DNA of 62,219 nt, filler included, from Globobulimina sp. (Eukaryota), in the NCBI GenBank assembly GCA_003354225.1. It is 22 parts of 22 records of this genome, joined end to end, with 100 filler letters (N's around TTAATTAATTAA, not from the genome) between each part and the next. Parts side by side here need not be neighbours in the genome. Positions count along the whole stretch, not along the records: positions 11,341 to 14,075 come from PIVH01005153.1; positions 14,176 to 16,910 come from PIVH01005154.1; positions 17,011 to 19,744 come from PIVH01005155.1; positions 19,845 to 22,578 come from PIVH01005156.1; positions 22,679 to 25,412 come from PIVH01005157.1; 17 more parts are not named here. One strand, 5' to 3'. This document shows positions 11,627-23,882 of this stretch, one piece after another. The number at the start of each line of letters is the position of its first letter. The first letter of the stretch is position 1. The notes below the pieces were generated by a model, which was not told the DNA's origin, searched no databases, and saw nothing but the letters and a program-made list of their open reading frames with translations. Made by a program: the position numbers and the translations under genes.

Positions 11627-11720
11627 GATTATGCAAATCGTCAGCTTGATTATGAAAAACGTCAGCTTGATTATGAAAAACGTCAGCCTGATTATGAAAA
11701 TCGTCAGCCTGATTATGAAA
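11627..11720 (+). repeat. 21-bp tandem array (4.5 copies, GATTATGAAAAACGTCAGCYT)
   Basis: Units start at 11627, 11648, 11669, 11690 and 11711. The array is flanked by AAGCGGCGAWGC direct repeats. Confidence 0.95.
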
Positions 11721-11816
11721 GCGGCGATGCTAAAATTAGAAGTGTAAAACCTTAAGTGTCACTCTTTCTTAACTTGAAACATTGCTCAACCAATTAAGTG
11801 GCATAGAATCCTCACA

Positions 11817-14075
11817 ATGTCTGATCCTGCGAAAGTTTTAATGAGCAAATGGAATCAAAGTCTGACAACACATAAAATATCTGATTTTGAAGCATATGAA
11901 TATTATGACAATCATACAGTAAATTCTGACGTGATTCCATTACCAGCAAAACCAAACGAAACGTTAATTTATCAAATTATAGAGACGAGAGAAACGGAGA
12001 TACGTAGCAAATTATTGCCATCCACACAGTCCAATTCAGTCGTTGTAAGTTCATCAGATAATCATTGCTCAATTAAATCATCATCAGTTTCATCAGTTTC
12101 ATCTATGGAATGGCGCCCACACAAAAAATTAAAATTAAATGATAATCGAATTGCAAAAATCGAATTTAATCATGCATACAACAAAGCGGGCGGAAATAAA
12201 TCAAATAACAATAATGATGAGAGTGATGATGATGATAACATAATGGATGATATGCAGCAAACAGAAATGAATTATTTATCAATGTTGGAGACACAAGATT
12301 TAGATGACGAAGCACATTGGTTATCAGAAACTGGTCAAGAAGCGGCAGAGACCCTTAAAACATTTTGTGTGTCATTAAAACCTGTCACTGAGGCATCGGA
12401 TGTACAGCATACATATACAGTATCCGAGGTAGAGCATATTTCGAATTGTCATTTACGTTTAGTGTGGGAATTGGTGAAAGATGGTGAGACACTTGGCGCG
12501 TTAGGTATTGTTCGTTACATTGATCATTGTCAAAAATGTGTTACTGTCTTGTGTCCCTTTCCACCAATTCAAGAATTTGTGGCTACACCACAAAAAGTTA
12601 TATATACATTTTTTTTATATCTGTACATGTTAACATCTGTACATCTTTTTATTTAGATTGTAAGCAAATTATCAGCAGCATTAACAGCTAGATTTGGTTT
12701 AAAAGCATCATTCACACCGCTTGTTACAAATAAAAAGAAGAATTTAGGAAATATTTATATCAACAGATTTATATTAACTTCTTATGCTAAAACATACGGC
12801 AGATTGCAAGCAATTTATCATTGGGGTTTAGTTCGCGGTGAACAGAATCATAGATTTTTCGCATTTACTCATAAATTGATAGATTTAGAGACACAAACTG
12901 TGGTCGAGCCATTAGAAAATGGTATTTTTATTGATGAATTTCAGCGGAGGAAAGATCTGACAACTGAGAATATTGAAAAAAATTATCCACAGTTAGCAGA
13001 CAATCAAGTATGTGACCCATTACCTGCCAAAGATTGTGAGTTTTTGCGAGAGAAAATCGGAAAGTTAAGTTATTTGAATATTATTTTGCAAATTATTTTG
13101 CATATACTATTTATTATTGCATAGTGAAAATCTTACATTATTACTGCATACTCAATCATTGCAAAGTTTATCAGCAGGCAAAATTAAAATATTTAAAAAT
13201 TATGGTGGTGTTAAACCCAATGTAATTGTTTATAGTGAACCAAAAAGTGGCAAATCTACAATTGCGAGTTTATCGCAAGCTACATATGGTATAAATGAGT
13301 TTGATGACGCAACGTCTGCAGCCAAATTAGGTGATTTTACTGTTCCTGGGCTGCATCGTCATTGGCAAGTATTGAATGGTTTATTGGGCTATGTTGAAGA
13401 TCTCGATCGATCAGGAAATAGACAGTTAGCGGGTGGTTTGTATAACTTAGTTTGGTTAACATGTGAATTTGCAGATTCAATTACATTGGGTCGTGGAACC
13501 ACGCAATCGTCAGAAGGTGCGATGTGGAGCAGTATCAATGTACCACCGAAATTTATAGAAGATAAGGATGAAGGCACAATGTCAAGGTCTCTCTTATGGT
13601 TATTTAGGGCTGTCTATAATATAAAAACGTTTTTTTTATACGGCATAAAATATATATGTACATATAGAAAGTTGCTGTGATGCACGGATTGTCAGAAATT
13701 GTTACCCGTATAAAGCAGAGAGCATTGTTCATTTTATGTTCGTTACCGGATGAAAAACGTTTAAAAAAGGCGGCGTTTATTATAGATCAATTTAAAGCAG
13801 CTATCAATGCTGACCATCCATCAATATCTAGATACGTAGATGCGCGATGTCTTGCGATGAGAATTCCTTTGTTGGCATCTGCCACAATAAAGGCAAAAAT
13901 ATTTAGAATTCCATCAAAAGTTATCATTGAAGAGACATATCAATGGGTTTTACGCAATGCAATTTGGTTGGAGACAACACACACATGCACACGCGCACAC
14001 ACACATGCACACGCGCACAAACACACACACACAAACACCTACAAACACAAACACACACACACACAAAACACATGA
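11817..14075 (+). CDS. Spliced gene for a P-loop AAA+ NTPase/helicase of mobile-element type (DUF927/Cch- or SF3/D5-like)
   Basis: Four ORFs join in frame via GT-AG introns 12597-12656, 13064-13124 and 13612-13667. Walker A YSEPKSGKST, Walker B YVEDLD, sensor SSINVPP, Arg-finger TMSRS. Confidence 0.65.
13974..14072. repeat. (CA)n-type microsatellite at contig end
   Basis: Degenerate ACAC/GCAC run. Confidence 0.95.
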
Positions 14076-14175
14076 NNNNNNNNNNNNNNNNNNNNNNNNN
14101 NNNNNNNNNNNNNNNNNNNTTAATTAATTAANNNNNNNNNNNNNNNNNNNNNNNNNNNNNNNNNNNNNNNNNNNN

Positions 14176-14809
14176 ATAACAATAAAAGATGTTTATAATC
14201 ATCAGCTTTTTCCAAACCTTTCTGCATAATTAATTTTGTAATAACCCTTAATTGCGTTGTTATAAATGGTGCGGAAGGCGTTGTTTCTGCATAATCGACA
14301 ACAGATTTTAATTTTGTTTTTGCTGCTTCTTTGTTAGCAAAAGTACCACTCCATAACGCCCACATTGATAAATCCTCGGTGGTTACAGAAATTGTATCGA
14401 ATATCTCCATTAATTTTAGACCACTATGATCGTCACTTACTGTTATTTTTTCTGATAACTCGGATATTGCAATTTTAACATGTTGATAATCCACTGCATA
14501 GAGCGATGATTCTGGAGCTGAATATTTTGACTCATTTTCATCATAATTTTCTTCTTTTTTATCGTCATAATCGTCGGAATCTAAGTCTTGTGATGCTACG
14601 CTTTCTGGAACGGATATACGTTCATCGTCGCTGTTAATGAGGCTGAGACTCTCTGAGGGTGCAGTTTGTTTTTGTTGCACTTCGGCTTCTACTTCTTTTG
14701 GTTGTTGCTGCGCGTTGTCATGATTTCCGACACTTTTTTCTGACAATTTTGGAATTGCATCATCTAACACCTCTAATGATTCTAATGATTTTGAATTACA
14801 TGAGCCCAT
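14176..14809 (-). CDS. Putatively myristoylated acidic protein, 3' truncated
   Basis: MGSCNSK N-terminus; the ORF runs to the contig edge. Confidence 0.6.
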
Positions 14810-15022
14810 GTTTAGTCCGCATACGCCAAGACGATGAAAATGCAGTAATTGAGCAGTTTTTGAAAATCGTTTTAGTTTTATTTAAATGAAGCAAAACCAG
14901 ATGTTGTTTATTAAGAGAAAAAAAGAATAAAATTAAAATATTAAAAAATACTACAATATTAAATCAAGAATAATTCATAACACGCACCAAACAAATATAT
15001 TTACTTACACAATACTTTATTC

Positions 15023-16503
15023 CTAAACATTATTAATTGGCGTTTGATTGCCAGGCTCATAATATTCGTCATCTTCACCAATGATAAATTCATCATCTTT
15101 TAGATTTGGATTCAAATCAGGATCTTCCCCAACATCTGTACCTATTACATCATCAAAGGAAAGATTAATATCAATGTCACTCATTCCACTGTTAACTGTA
15201 CACATACTCGTTATTGCACTCTGTGTCCGGGGACTTATTATATTGCTTCCACTCCATACATCTGTCAACAACCAAATACAAAAAAACAATAAGTAACTGA
15301 TCGGAAACATATATATTAATTTCTAAAAACAAACATACGCAAATTATCCATATATAGGTTCATTGGCATTGCATGTTTAGCATTCTCTGCATGATTCGAT
15401 TCATTTTGTGTCTGTGTAACTACATTTTCTGTTTTATTGTTACTGTCTTCACCATTCCTCAGCATCCATAACGTACAAAATAGCATACAGCCCATCAACA
15501 AAAAGAAACACAGCGCGGATAAAATAACAATTTCAATGTTGAAGCCATACACGCGGCCACGCCATGAGGCCGATGCTTCTTCGGTGTCTTCAAATATTTC
15601 ACCATATTTTGTGCTGGTTATCTCAATTTGTCCTTCGTTTATTATCTCAACGGTTGGCTGCTTTGTTGAGTACAAACTCAATTCATTCTGTTTTATTGTT
15701 GGAGCTGTTGTTGGATTTGAAGATAAAATCAAATCACAACCACTGCCATCTTCAGTCACTGCGCAGACATATTCTGCGCCAATGTTGCTGTAAAATACGT
15801 TTGTATCAATCTGTTTGTTTATTGTTTATGTGATAAAATGTAGTAAATATTTATAGAAACACATACAACAGATATGGAATAACGCAATTCCAAGTCGTCA
15901 AAGCCATGCTTTGTATAAATATTTGTTGTTTCTATAATATTCCCTTCAATGATACATATTGGATTTGTATTGTTACCGTTTTTATTTTGAGGACAATTTA
16001 TATCCATATTTGTACAGTAAACATCATCCGAACGGTTGTTGCAATGTGTAATTAGTAAAGAACTCGCATTTTCAGCATGGACTGTTACGTTTTTACAACC
16101 TTGAGAACAGTCAATGGAGCACTGCTTATCGAACGGACAATGTATTGTTGATCCACAGCATCCATCACTTTCTTTGCATGCATTGATTGGTAACAGATTT
16201 CTTGCTTTGTTTGGTGTGAATTTTTGTATTTTCTGTTTTAATCGTCTTCTATTTCCAAATCCGTGGCAATGAATACGACAATCTAACATGGCCTCGCAAG
16301 ATAACACTTGATTGATACACGTTTGTTCTTGCTTACAATCAATGTTGCATCGTATTTGAGTGTTTGATGTGCATGACACTGATGGTGATGCTCTTATTTC
16401 TGTAAATATTTACATTTGAATTAACAGTATGTATTATAGGCTGAGACAAGAATTAACGGTGCGTACTTGCAATGATAAGCAATAAGAAAATAAGCGAAGC
16501 CAT
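15023..16503 (-). CDS. Cys-rich type I membrane/surface protein (spliced)
   Basis: Signal exon MASLIFLLLIIA at 16503, Cys-rich ectodomain (15819-16379), NPTTAPT linker, TM helix, acidic tail. Exon boundaries are approximate. Confidence 0.65.
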
Positions 16504-17010
16504 TCAGTTGTATCTTACATTAATATTAATTAGTTTTAGAGTTAAAGAGTGTTGGCTCAACAAAAAAAACAAGAACATAAAAAAAAATAACACGCAAGAA
16601 AAACAAAGAATACATTTAATATTTATAGTCTCTGAATGGATAATGAATTATCACATGGTTTGTTACCAGATTTAATCATACTTTTCCATGATTGTTTACT
16701 CAAATTCCATCCATATTTATTTACTTTATTATTATTTTCATTTATAAACTCTAAAATATCTGATGATGGATTTGCAATATTTATGGAACGTAATGATGAG
16801 GATGTCTTCATTGATGATATTAATCTCAATATTTCCGTTGTAAATGATGCATTTAATGGTATCGATGCTTTCCATTGACCCAAATACTGATATTCCACAT
16901 CAATCCTTTCNNNNNNNNNNNNNNNNNNNNNNNNNNNNNNNNNNNNNNNNNNNNTTAATTAATTAANNNNNNNNNNNNNNNNNNNNNNNNNNNNNNNNNN
17001 NNNNNNNNNN

Positions 17011-18578
17011 CAAATTTTCAAAACATAATATTTATGAAATTATTGTGTCGTATCAATATAATTTATATAAATGGACATTAATGTATTCGGTAAAACATAT
17101 GGAATATATTTTATCTTCAACTTTAAAATTTGCCTATCCCGCAAATCGCACATTTAATCGCACGCTCACTCACTTAATAAATGATAATAATGGCACCGTT
17201 GCTGCGACTACACATATCGGAGAAATCTATTTATTTAATTGTAAACATAATGTATACACTCATTCATTTCAGGTTTGTTCACGAGGTGCAAATGTTGCAT
17301 GTTTCCTAAATAAATATAACATTATAATTGGTGGTGGCGATGGCAGCATAAAGCAATTTTATTTTGATGCTAATAAAACAAAACAATGGACGTTATTAAA
17401 AGCGATAAAATTAGATTCTTCCGTAAATACTTTACAATTAATAAATGAAAATGGTAGAAAAATATTGTTTGCCACTACAATACAATCAAATGTGTATAAA
17501 ATTAATATTTCAGACACAAATATTCAACAAACATTGTCATATAAAATATTATTTCAATCACCATTTTGTCCAATTTCTAAAGTTGTATTTGGTAAAAAAT
17601 ACAATCATATTTTTGCAACGTTAACCAGTTTGAACGGTATTTTAACAATTTGGGATTTATCGAGTTATTTAAATTTAGGACAAATTAGTACTTCTCATCA
17701 AAGTAACGGAACTGCATTAAGTTATGTGCTCTTTTTGTTGTTTGTTTTTCCGATATAAATATTTTTTATATAATCCAGCTTTTTATGATGAGAAGAATAT
17801 TTTAACCGGTTTTGCAAACGGCACGATTGCCTGTAATAATATTGACTTTTCGCATAACGGTCGAGATACAAAAGTAATTTGGGAAATAACGAGCGCACAT
17901 CGCGGGAAAGTAAATTGTATTGAAATGATCAATAAAAATAATAAAAATGCAGCAAAGAATCAAAATATTTTATTGTTAAGCGGTGGAGACGATGGTTTAT
18001 TAAATATTTGGAACTATAAAACAAAACAATTAATTTCGCAGTTTCATATTATGATTGAGTGCATACTCGATGTGTTTCAAGACGCAAAGTATAAAGAATT
18101 GGTACATTTATTAGGCAGTAATGCACAAATTACAACTTTTAGTTTAAAGAGAGAGGGAATTATTATCCGAAGGATGGTTAAAGATGTTCATAATAATAAA
18201 AATTTTGGTAAATTAACGTGTTTAATACAGAATAAAAGTTCCGAATATGAATTAATAACACCGACATCAAATGGTTTTATTTTAATATGGGATCATGAAT
18301 TAACGGAATTAATTGAATGCATTGATTGTAAGAAGAGGATAAAAAATCAACCAAATTTACATATTGTATCCTGTGCATTGTCAAATAATGCAAAATATTT
18401 ATGTATTGCAAATAGTACTGGTCAAATATTTGTGCTTTCAATGCAAACAAAAAAAGTCATTGCAAGTAATGATATTCATAGTAAAGGAATTTCGTCAGTT
18501 GCCTGGACTCCTGATGATAAACAAATTATTACTTCAAGTGCTGATTCATCAATTGCGGTCTCCAATTTTTATACATGA
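17011..18578 (+). CDS. WD40-repeat protein (CFAP52-like), 5' truncated, intron 17721-17778
   Basis: Multiple WD repeats (SGGDDGLLNIWN; HSKGISSVAWTPDDKQIITSSAD); the intron restores the frame. Confidence 0.85.
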
Positions 18579-18676
18579 TCAAACTTTAATGTGTGTGTGT
18601 GTTTTGTGTTTTATTTAAGCAATATTTCTTTTAAACTCAAGGGTTACATACTGATATTTCAAAAACGTAAATTCAT

Positions 18677-19744
18677 TCAAACACCAAACAAATAATCACC
18701 ATCATCATCATCATCACCCTTATAACTTTTTGTTTGTTCACTTGAAATATATAATAGATCAGCCTTTTTTTGAATTGCGATCAGTGGAGTAGGCAATGAT
18801 GATAATATTGAATTTATATCATTTTGATTAACGGCATCAAATCTTCTCTTAACACTGTCGTCCATAATCAATATATTCAATCCTAGATCTCGAAACACAT
18901 CCAGTTCAGTGTCAAATATATATTCCAGAATTACTTTTGCAACGGAATAATTGTGTCCATATAAATCCACTGTAGGAACCTGAAATTGTCCAACATCTCC
19001 CCAATATTGCAAATTATATTTATTGCGACATTCCTCAAATGTCACAGATCCAAATGAGTGATATGTGCTTACATATGCGTCTAACATTCTATTTGCGTGT
19101 CTAGCACTTTCCAAAGTTTTCTGACCTCCAGTTTCCTTAAAATAATCCACTACATTCGATTCAATGTATTTTAATATTTGCTTTCGTTCCATAAAATCAT
19201 CGGTCATCTTAATCAAACCAATATTAGCTTCAAATAAATGTTTGACAGTTATTACATCCCACTTATTCATTAACATTGCTTCTTTCACCACATTTATTGC
19301 TTCTTGCCATTGTTCTACCTCTTTATGAGCATCAGCCATTGTATTATAAATTCGAACATCAATTTCAATTTGTTCCTCTTCCATATATTTTCTTAGCTCC
19401 AAAACTTTATCCACATTTGAAACATTTTTGTAAACAGACATCATTCGATAACAAACATCAACATTATTTTTATACGGACATTCTCCATAACATTCCTCTG
19501 CTAATTCCACATCTTTTGCTGACGCACATACGGCAAGAAATGCGGACCAAGAGTGTGCATCCGTAACTTGTTCAAAATCAGTCACAATTAACTTCCAATA
19601 ATCCAATGCATATTTTATGTCTCCTTTTTTGCGACATCCGCCTAATAATATATTCAAAGTAATTCCATTTGGAGTAATTTTATCATTAATCATTTGGTCC
19701 AATTTGCTTTGACATTTACCATCAAAGCGAATGACATTACATGC
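18677..19744 (-). CDS. PPR protein with C-terminal SMR-like domain, 5' truncated
   Basis: PNGITLNILLGGC, DVRIYNTMADA PPR motifs; VDLYGHNYSVAK resembles SMR LDLHG. Confidence 0.75.
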   Translation of the reverse strand, partial: ACNVIRFDGKCQSKLDQMINDKITPNGITLNILLGGCRKKGDIKYALDYWKLIVTDFEQVTDAHSWSAFLAVCASAKDVELAEECYGECPYKNNVDVCYRMMSVYKNVSNVDKVLELRKYMEEEQIEIDVRIYNTMADAHKEVEQWQEAINVVKEAMLMNKWDVITVKHLFEANIGLIKMTDDFMERKQILKYIESNVVDYFKETGGQKTLESARHANRMLDAYVSTYHSFGSVTFEECRNKYNLQYWGDVGQFQVPTVDLYGHNYSVAKVILEYIFDTELDVFRDLGLNILIMDDSVKRRFDAVNQNDINSILSSLPTPLIAIQKKADLLYISSEQTKSYKGDDDDDGDYLFGV

Positions 19745-19844
19745 NNNNNNNNNNNNNNNNNNNNNNNNNNNNNNNNNNNNNNNNNNNNTTAATTAATTAA
19801 NNNNNNNNNNNNNNNNNNNNNNNNNNNNNNNNNNNNNNNNNNNN

Positions 19845-20189
19845 CTTTGCCCCCCAGGTTTCTGAAATGCAGGCGGTCATCGCGTATTGATTTATATCGG
19901 CATTGTCGTCAATGTCTAGTCTCAATTTGTCAATTTCTTTAAGAATTTGTTTTCTATGACCAAGTGATTTTATTCCCAAATCATTTTTTAATTCTTGACA
20001 TGTTAACAATAACAACGTTTGTCCATTAATATGGTTTGATACAAATGAGTTATCATATTCTGTAATCCCAATATGATGTAAAAAATTAACTACATCATCG
20101 ACTGACCAATTTAATGTGGATTGCATCCAACAATGATATGGAAAGTGGAAACAGTTGAGTTGACCTACTGCGACATGACTTGATACCAA
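19845..20189 (-). CDS. SAM-domain protein, N-terminal part
   Basis: WSVDDVVNFL...FVSNHINGQTLLLL...DLGIKSLGHRKQILKEI. Confidence 0.9.
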
Positions 20190-20254
20190 AGAAAGTTTTC
20201 AAAACATATAATTAAGTTCGAGTTGTGTTGTTTAACAAGCAAAGAAAGCAAACG

Positions 20255-22578
20255 ATGACAGACTCCCAACAGCAGCAACAACAACAAGAAGAACAACCAC
20301 AACCACCACTGTATTATACTTCTCATCAACAGCAACAAATTACGATGAACGATTATTATAATAATTGTAATATTTCTTCAGCCAGACGTAAACCAAAAAT
20401 ATTACGAAAACCAAACCCATCACAACGTTATATATACAATAAACCAACGCCAAAACAAATTGAATCTGCTTTGATAACATCACCGCATTTGGCACAAAAG
20501 CGATCGTATTCGTATTCTCATTCTTGTTCAAATTCTAATTCAAATTTTAATATTGATAGTCAATCAATATCAATGTCCTATAAATCATCTTTTAACCATT
20601 ATGCAGATTATGCGAATTTGCGTACAGCAACACCGTCACAATCAAGTATAATCAGTTCGCGGTCCATATCATTATCATTATCATCCAATTATTTGCATCC
20701 AAATATAGTTGTCAATGATCACAATGATCACAATAATCATCTGAACGATAACCAGAATCCGAACCATATCATAAATAACGACAATAATAAAAGTAAAAAA
20801 AAAAATAAGTTTTCATCGCAAAGACATTGGGTTGGACTAAAATATGCAGTCAAAGCACCAAACTATCACAAAATCAAAGATTCAGTCAAATATAAATATA
20901 AAAAGGGTGTACATAAAATAGCAAAACAATTACCATCAATGCCGTCAATGCCATCCCTGCCATCCATACCTTCCATACCTTCCATGCCCTCCATGCAATC
21001 ATTATTTATGGATAAATGTGACAAATCTGACAAATCGGATAAATCTGACAGTGAAAAAACACCAACAAAAAAATACCAAACAATGAAAAATCTACCAAAA
21101 AAAACAAAACAAGCAATTGATAGAATCAGAATGAAAAAGAAAACAAAATCTTGCACAAACACAAGTGATTCGGGCCATGGCCAATCGGGAGGAGGATGTG
21201 ATGAATTCGATGTTTTGAGTGATGATGAAAATGAAAATGAAAATGAGGATGAGCCTTCGTCTGTGATTATGAATAAAAATAAAAATAATCCATGGTTCAA
21301 TGAAGATATTGCTTCCATTGTTAAATTATGCAGAAAATATCGAAGAAAACATCACAAATCAAAAACTAAAAAAAATGAATTAAAACAAATTTGTAAAGAA
21401 CTAGAAAAAAAAAAGAGGAAATTAATCAGAGCTGCAAAGCAAAAATGGAATGAAACCCAAAAATTTGTTCGACTTAATAATAATAACAATAATCAACCTA
21501 AAAATAATAATAATAATAATATTAATGAAGCCGCCATGGCCATAAACACAAATATTATGGTTTCTGGTATTGATAGTATTGATCCTCCAACACCGCCACT
21601 ATTAACCCCTGAGCCACAAAATCAAAATATCACTGACCCTGTCTGTCATGAAATATATACTATGATTCGTGACAACACAATGTATAATTAATTAATTATA
21701 ATTAGCTAATTCGATATTATATATATCATTATTTTTTGTGTTTTTGTGTTTTTGTTGTTTGTAACTTTAAACATAGCATTAGTTTCGATCTCTTTCTCTG
21801 CTTTATTTTTAATGATGTATTTATTGTATTATTGTATGTGATTGTTCCAAGACTGACTAACTGATATTTTTAGGTGTGCAGTGTACTTGATATGATATAT
21901 ATTATTAATTAATACAACGCACTTTTAAAACTTTTGAGTGAGGTCACTAGCTCAGGTCAGCGAGGTTGCTAATGTACACCAACACAGGTTGCAAGAGATT
22001 AGTAGATTATTATTTTGTGGTATCATGTTCAGATCATGGTAAAGAACAAACAAAACGGCGTTTATGCCGCCAATCATTAGCACCACCACATGAGAAAGAA
22101 GCGCGTCATGCGTTATTTGCATTAAAACCAAAAATTGTGGATAGATATCCATCGCGCAATTATAGTGACACACCGTTATTGCCGTGGGTCGCAAGGGCAT
22201 CCATGCCACGCGGAGTCAGAGCGAGAACCATACCGCCGGCACCGAGATATTTTACATTTACTGGATGGAATATTGATGGCTCAAAACTATATGGTGCGTG
22301 TTTAGAAGTGTTTGAAAAAATGGACATTAAAAAACAACGACAACCGGTTTATATACCAAAAACATTGGGATTTATATCCCATTATCCATATTTTTATGCA
22401 TTTGATGTATTCTTACGATGTCTCTGGCATGTTATACCCAAAAAATTAATACGTTTGGAAGACTTATTAATGCATTATTTCTATGACATTCCTGCCCCAC
22501 TGCCACGAAAAAAAATTGCTTATGATTTAGGTTAATTTTGCGAATATGCGATTTATATTAAATATACAGATAATAATA
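20255..22578 (+). CDS. DENN-domain Rab GEF with long low-complexity N-terminus (probable intron 21682-21955), 3' truncated
   Basis: uDENN/cDENN motifs LVDYYFVV, PKIVDRYP, FTFTG...KLYGACL, YIPKTLGFISHYPYF. A phase-2 GT-AG intron links it to ORF 20255-21681. Confidence 0.75.
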
Positions 22579-22678
22579 NNNNNNNNNNNNNNNNNNNNNN
22601 NNNNNNNNNNNNNNNNNNNNNNTTAATTAATTAANNNNNNNNNNNNNNNNNNNNNNNNNNNNNNNNNNNNNNNNNNNN

Positions 22679-22926
22679 CGCGACCATGGCGCAGTTTGTG
22701 CTTTTTGGGAATTACCACAATTTCCCAATATTCGTAATGTCGCTGGTGCAGACTGCCGACGAACCGTCATATTATTCTGCTGTGGCGAAGGCGACGGCGA
22801 TGGCCGCGATGCATTGGGCACAGGACTATGTGATGCAGACTGTGCTTTTTTGGATTTACCTGATGGTGGTAAATATGACTGAGATGGAGGTGGTGCACTA
22901 TTCATTGGTCGCGTAGAAGACGACAT
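22679..22926 (-). CDS. Ser/Pro-rich N-terminus of unknown protein
   Basis: ATG-initiated ORF running to the contig edge, divergent from the repeat array. Confidence 0.45.
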
Positions 22927-23012
22927 TGTTTAAACAGTTTTTAAGTTTCTTATTAAATAACATTCTGCGATGGGGACATTCTGCGTCATGGGGACATTCT
23001 GGAATAACAAAA

Positions 23013-23314
23013 ACTCATTTCTTTGTTCGCTGATCTTGATTTGAATGAAATATATATATATTTTCCAAATCAGACCAGCGAACAAATGAGAATGGTGATG
23101 AACCGGATAAACCCAGCAGTCCCTGCATGGTGACTCATTTCTTTGTTCGCTGATCTTGATTTGAATGAAATATATATATATTTTCCAAATCAGATCAGCG
23201 AACAAATGAGAATGGTGATGAACCGGATAAACCCAGCAGTCCTTGCATGGTGAGTCATTTCTTTGTTCGCTGATCTTGATTTGAATGAAATATATATATA
23301 TTTTCCAAATCAGA
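23013..23314. repeat. 120-bp tandem repeat (2.5 copies), each unit containing a 77-nt inverted repeat
   Basis: Units start at 23013, 23133 and 23253. The arms CTCATTTCTTTGTTCGCTGATCTTGATTTG and CAAATCAGATCAGCGAACAAATGAG surround a (TA)n palindrome. Confidence 0.95.
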
Positions 23315-23339
23315 AAACTTAATTACATACAACACCAAC

Positions 23340-23834
23340 ATGGGACAAACTAAAAGCCAACAAAAACAATTAACCATCAAAGTTTTTAATCAATTGTATT
23401 CTGGACCGAACCAGCAGTTCATAGATGAAAATGGCACATTTTTTATTAACGACAGAGAGCGAAGATACGATGCTGATATTTTAGTACCGCAGATATATTC
23501 TCAGATTGTGTCTAACTCAACAGGAAAATATGAAAAAATCACAATAAAATTCCGCTCAGCGTTCAAAAGAAAAATCAAAGTGGCAACAGGTACATCATTA
23601 TCATATGGCTGTATCTCGGAAAAATCTTATGGAACACATGAACTTTTCAAAAAAGCCGTGATTGGAGCATTATTTAAATACACTAAAGACGCTTTGACCA
23701 CGCTATATTTGGGTTATTATTTTGTCCGACTAGATATCAGTGATGCGCAGCCAGTCGTTAAACTTAATGATTTTCTTCGTGTGCGGAATGAAGAGGACTT
23801 AGAGGACTTTTGGTGGCTAAAACGTTTTCCGTGA
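23340..23834 (+). CDS. Hypothetical protein (MG start, possible myristoylation)
   Basis: 164-aa intronless ATG ORF; no recognisable motif. Confidence 0.55.
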   Translation: MGQTKSQQKQLTIKVFNQLYSGPNQQFIDENGTFFINDRERRYDADILVPQIYSQIVSNSTGKYEKITIKFRSAFKRKIKVATGTSLSYGCISEKSYGTHELFKKAVIGALFKYTKDALTTLYLGYYFVRLDISDAQPVVKLNDFLRVRNEEDLEDFWWLKRFP

Positions 23835-23882
23835 ACGGAAAAAGACGGTGGCAGTTATTTAAATATATCATCGAAAACAAAA

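Noticed and set aside
13927-14131. His/Thr-rich ORFs
   Set aside because: These are translations of a CA microsatellite.
15023-15310. Caveolin-like motif (SFDDVIG)
   Set aside because: Only a few residues match, and it lies in the acidic tail of a type I membrane protein.
23013-23314. CRISPR array
   Set aside because: The spacers are nearly identical, the repeat is too long, there are no cas genes and the context is eukaryotic.
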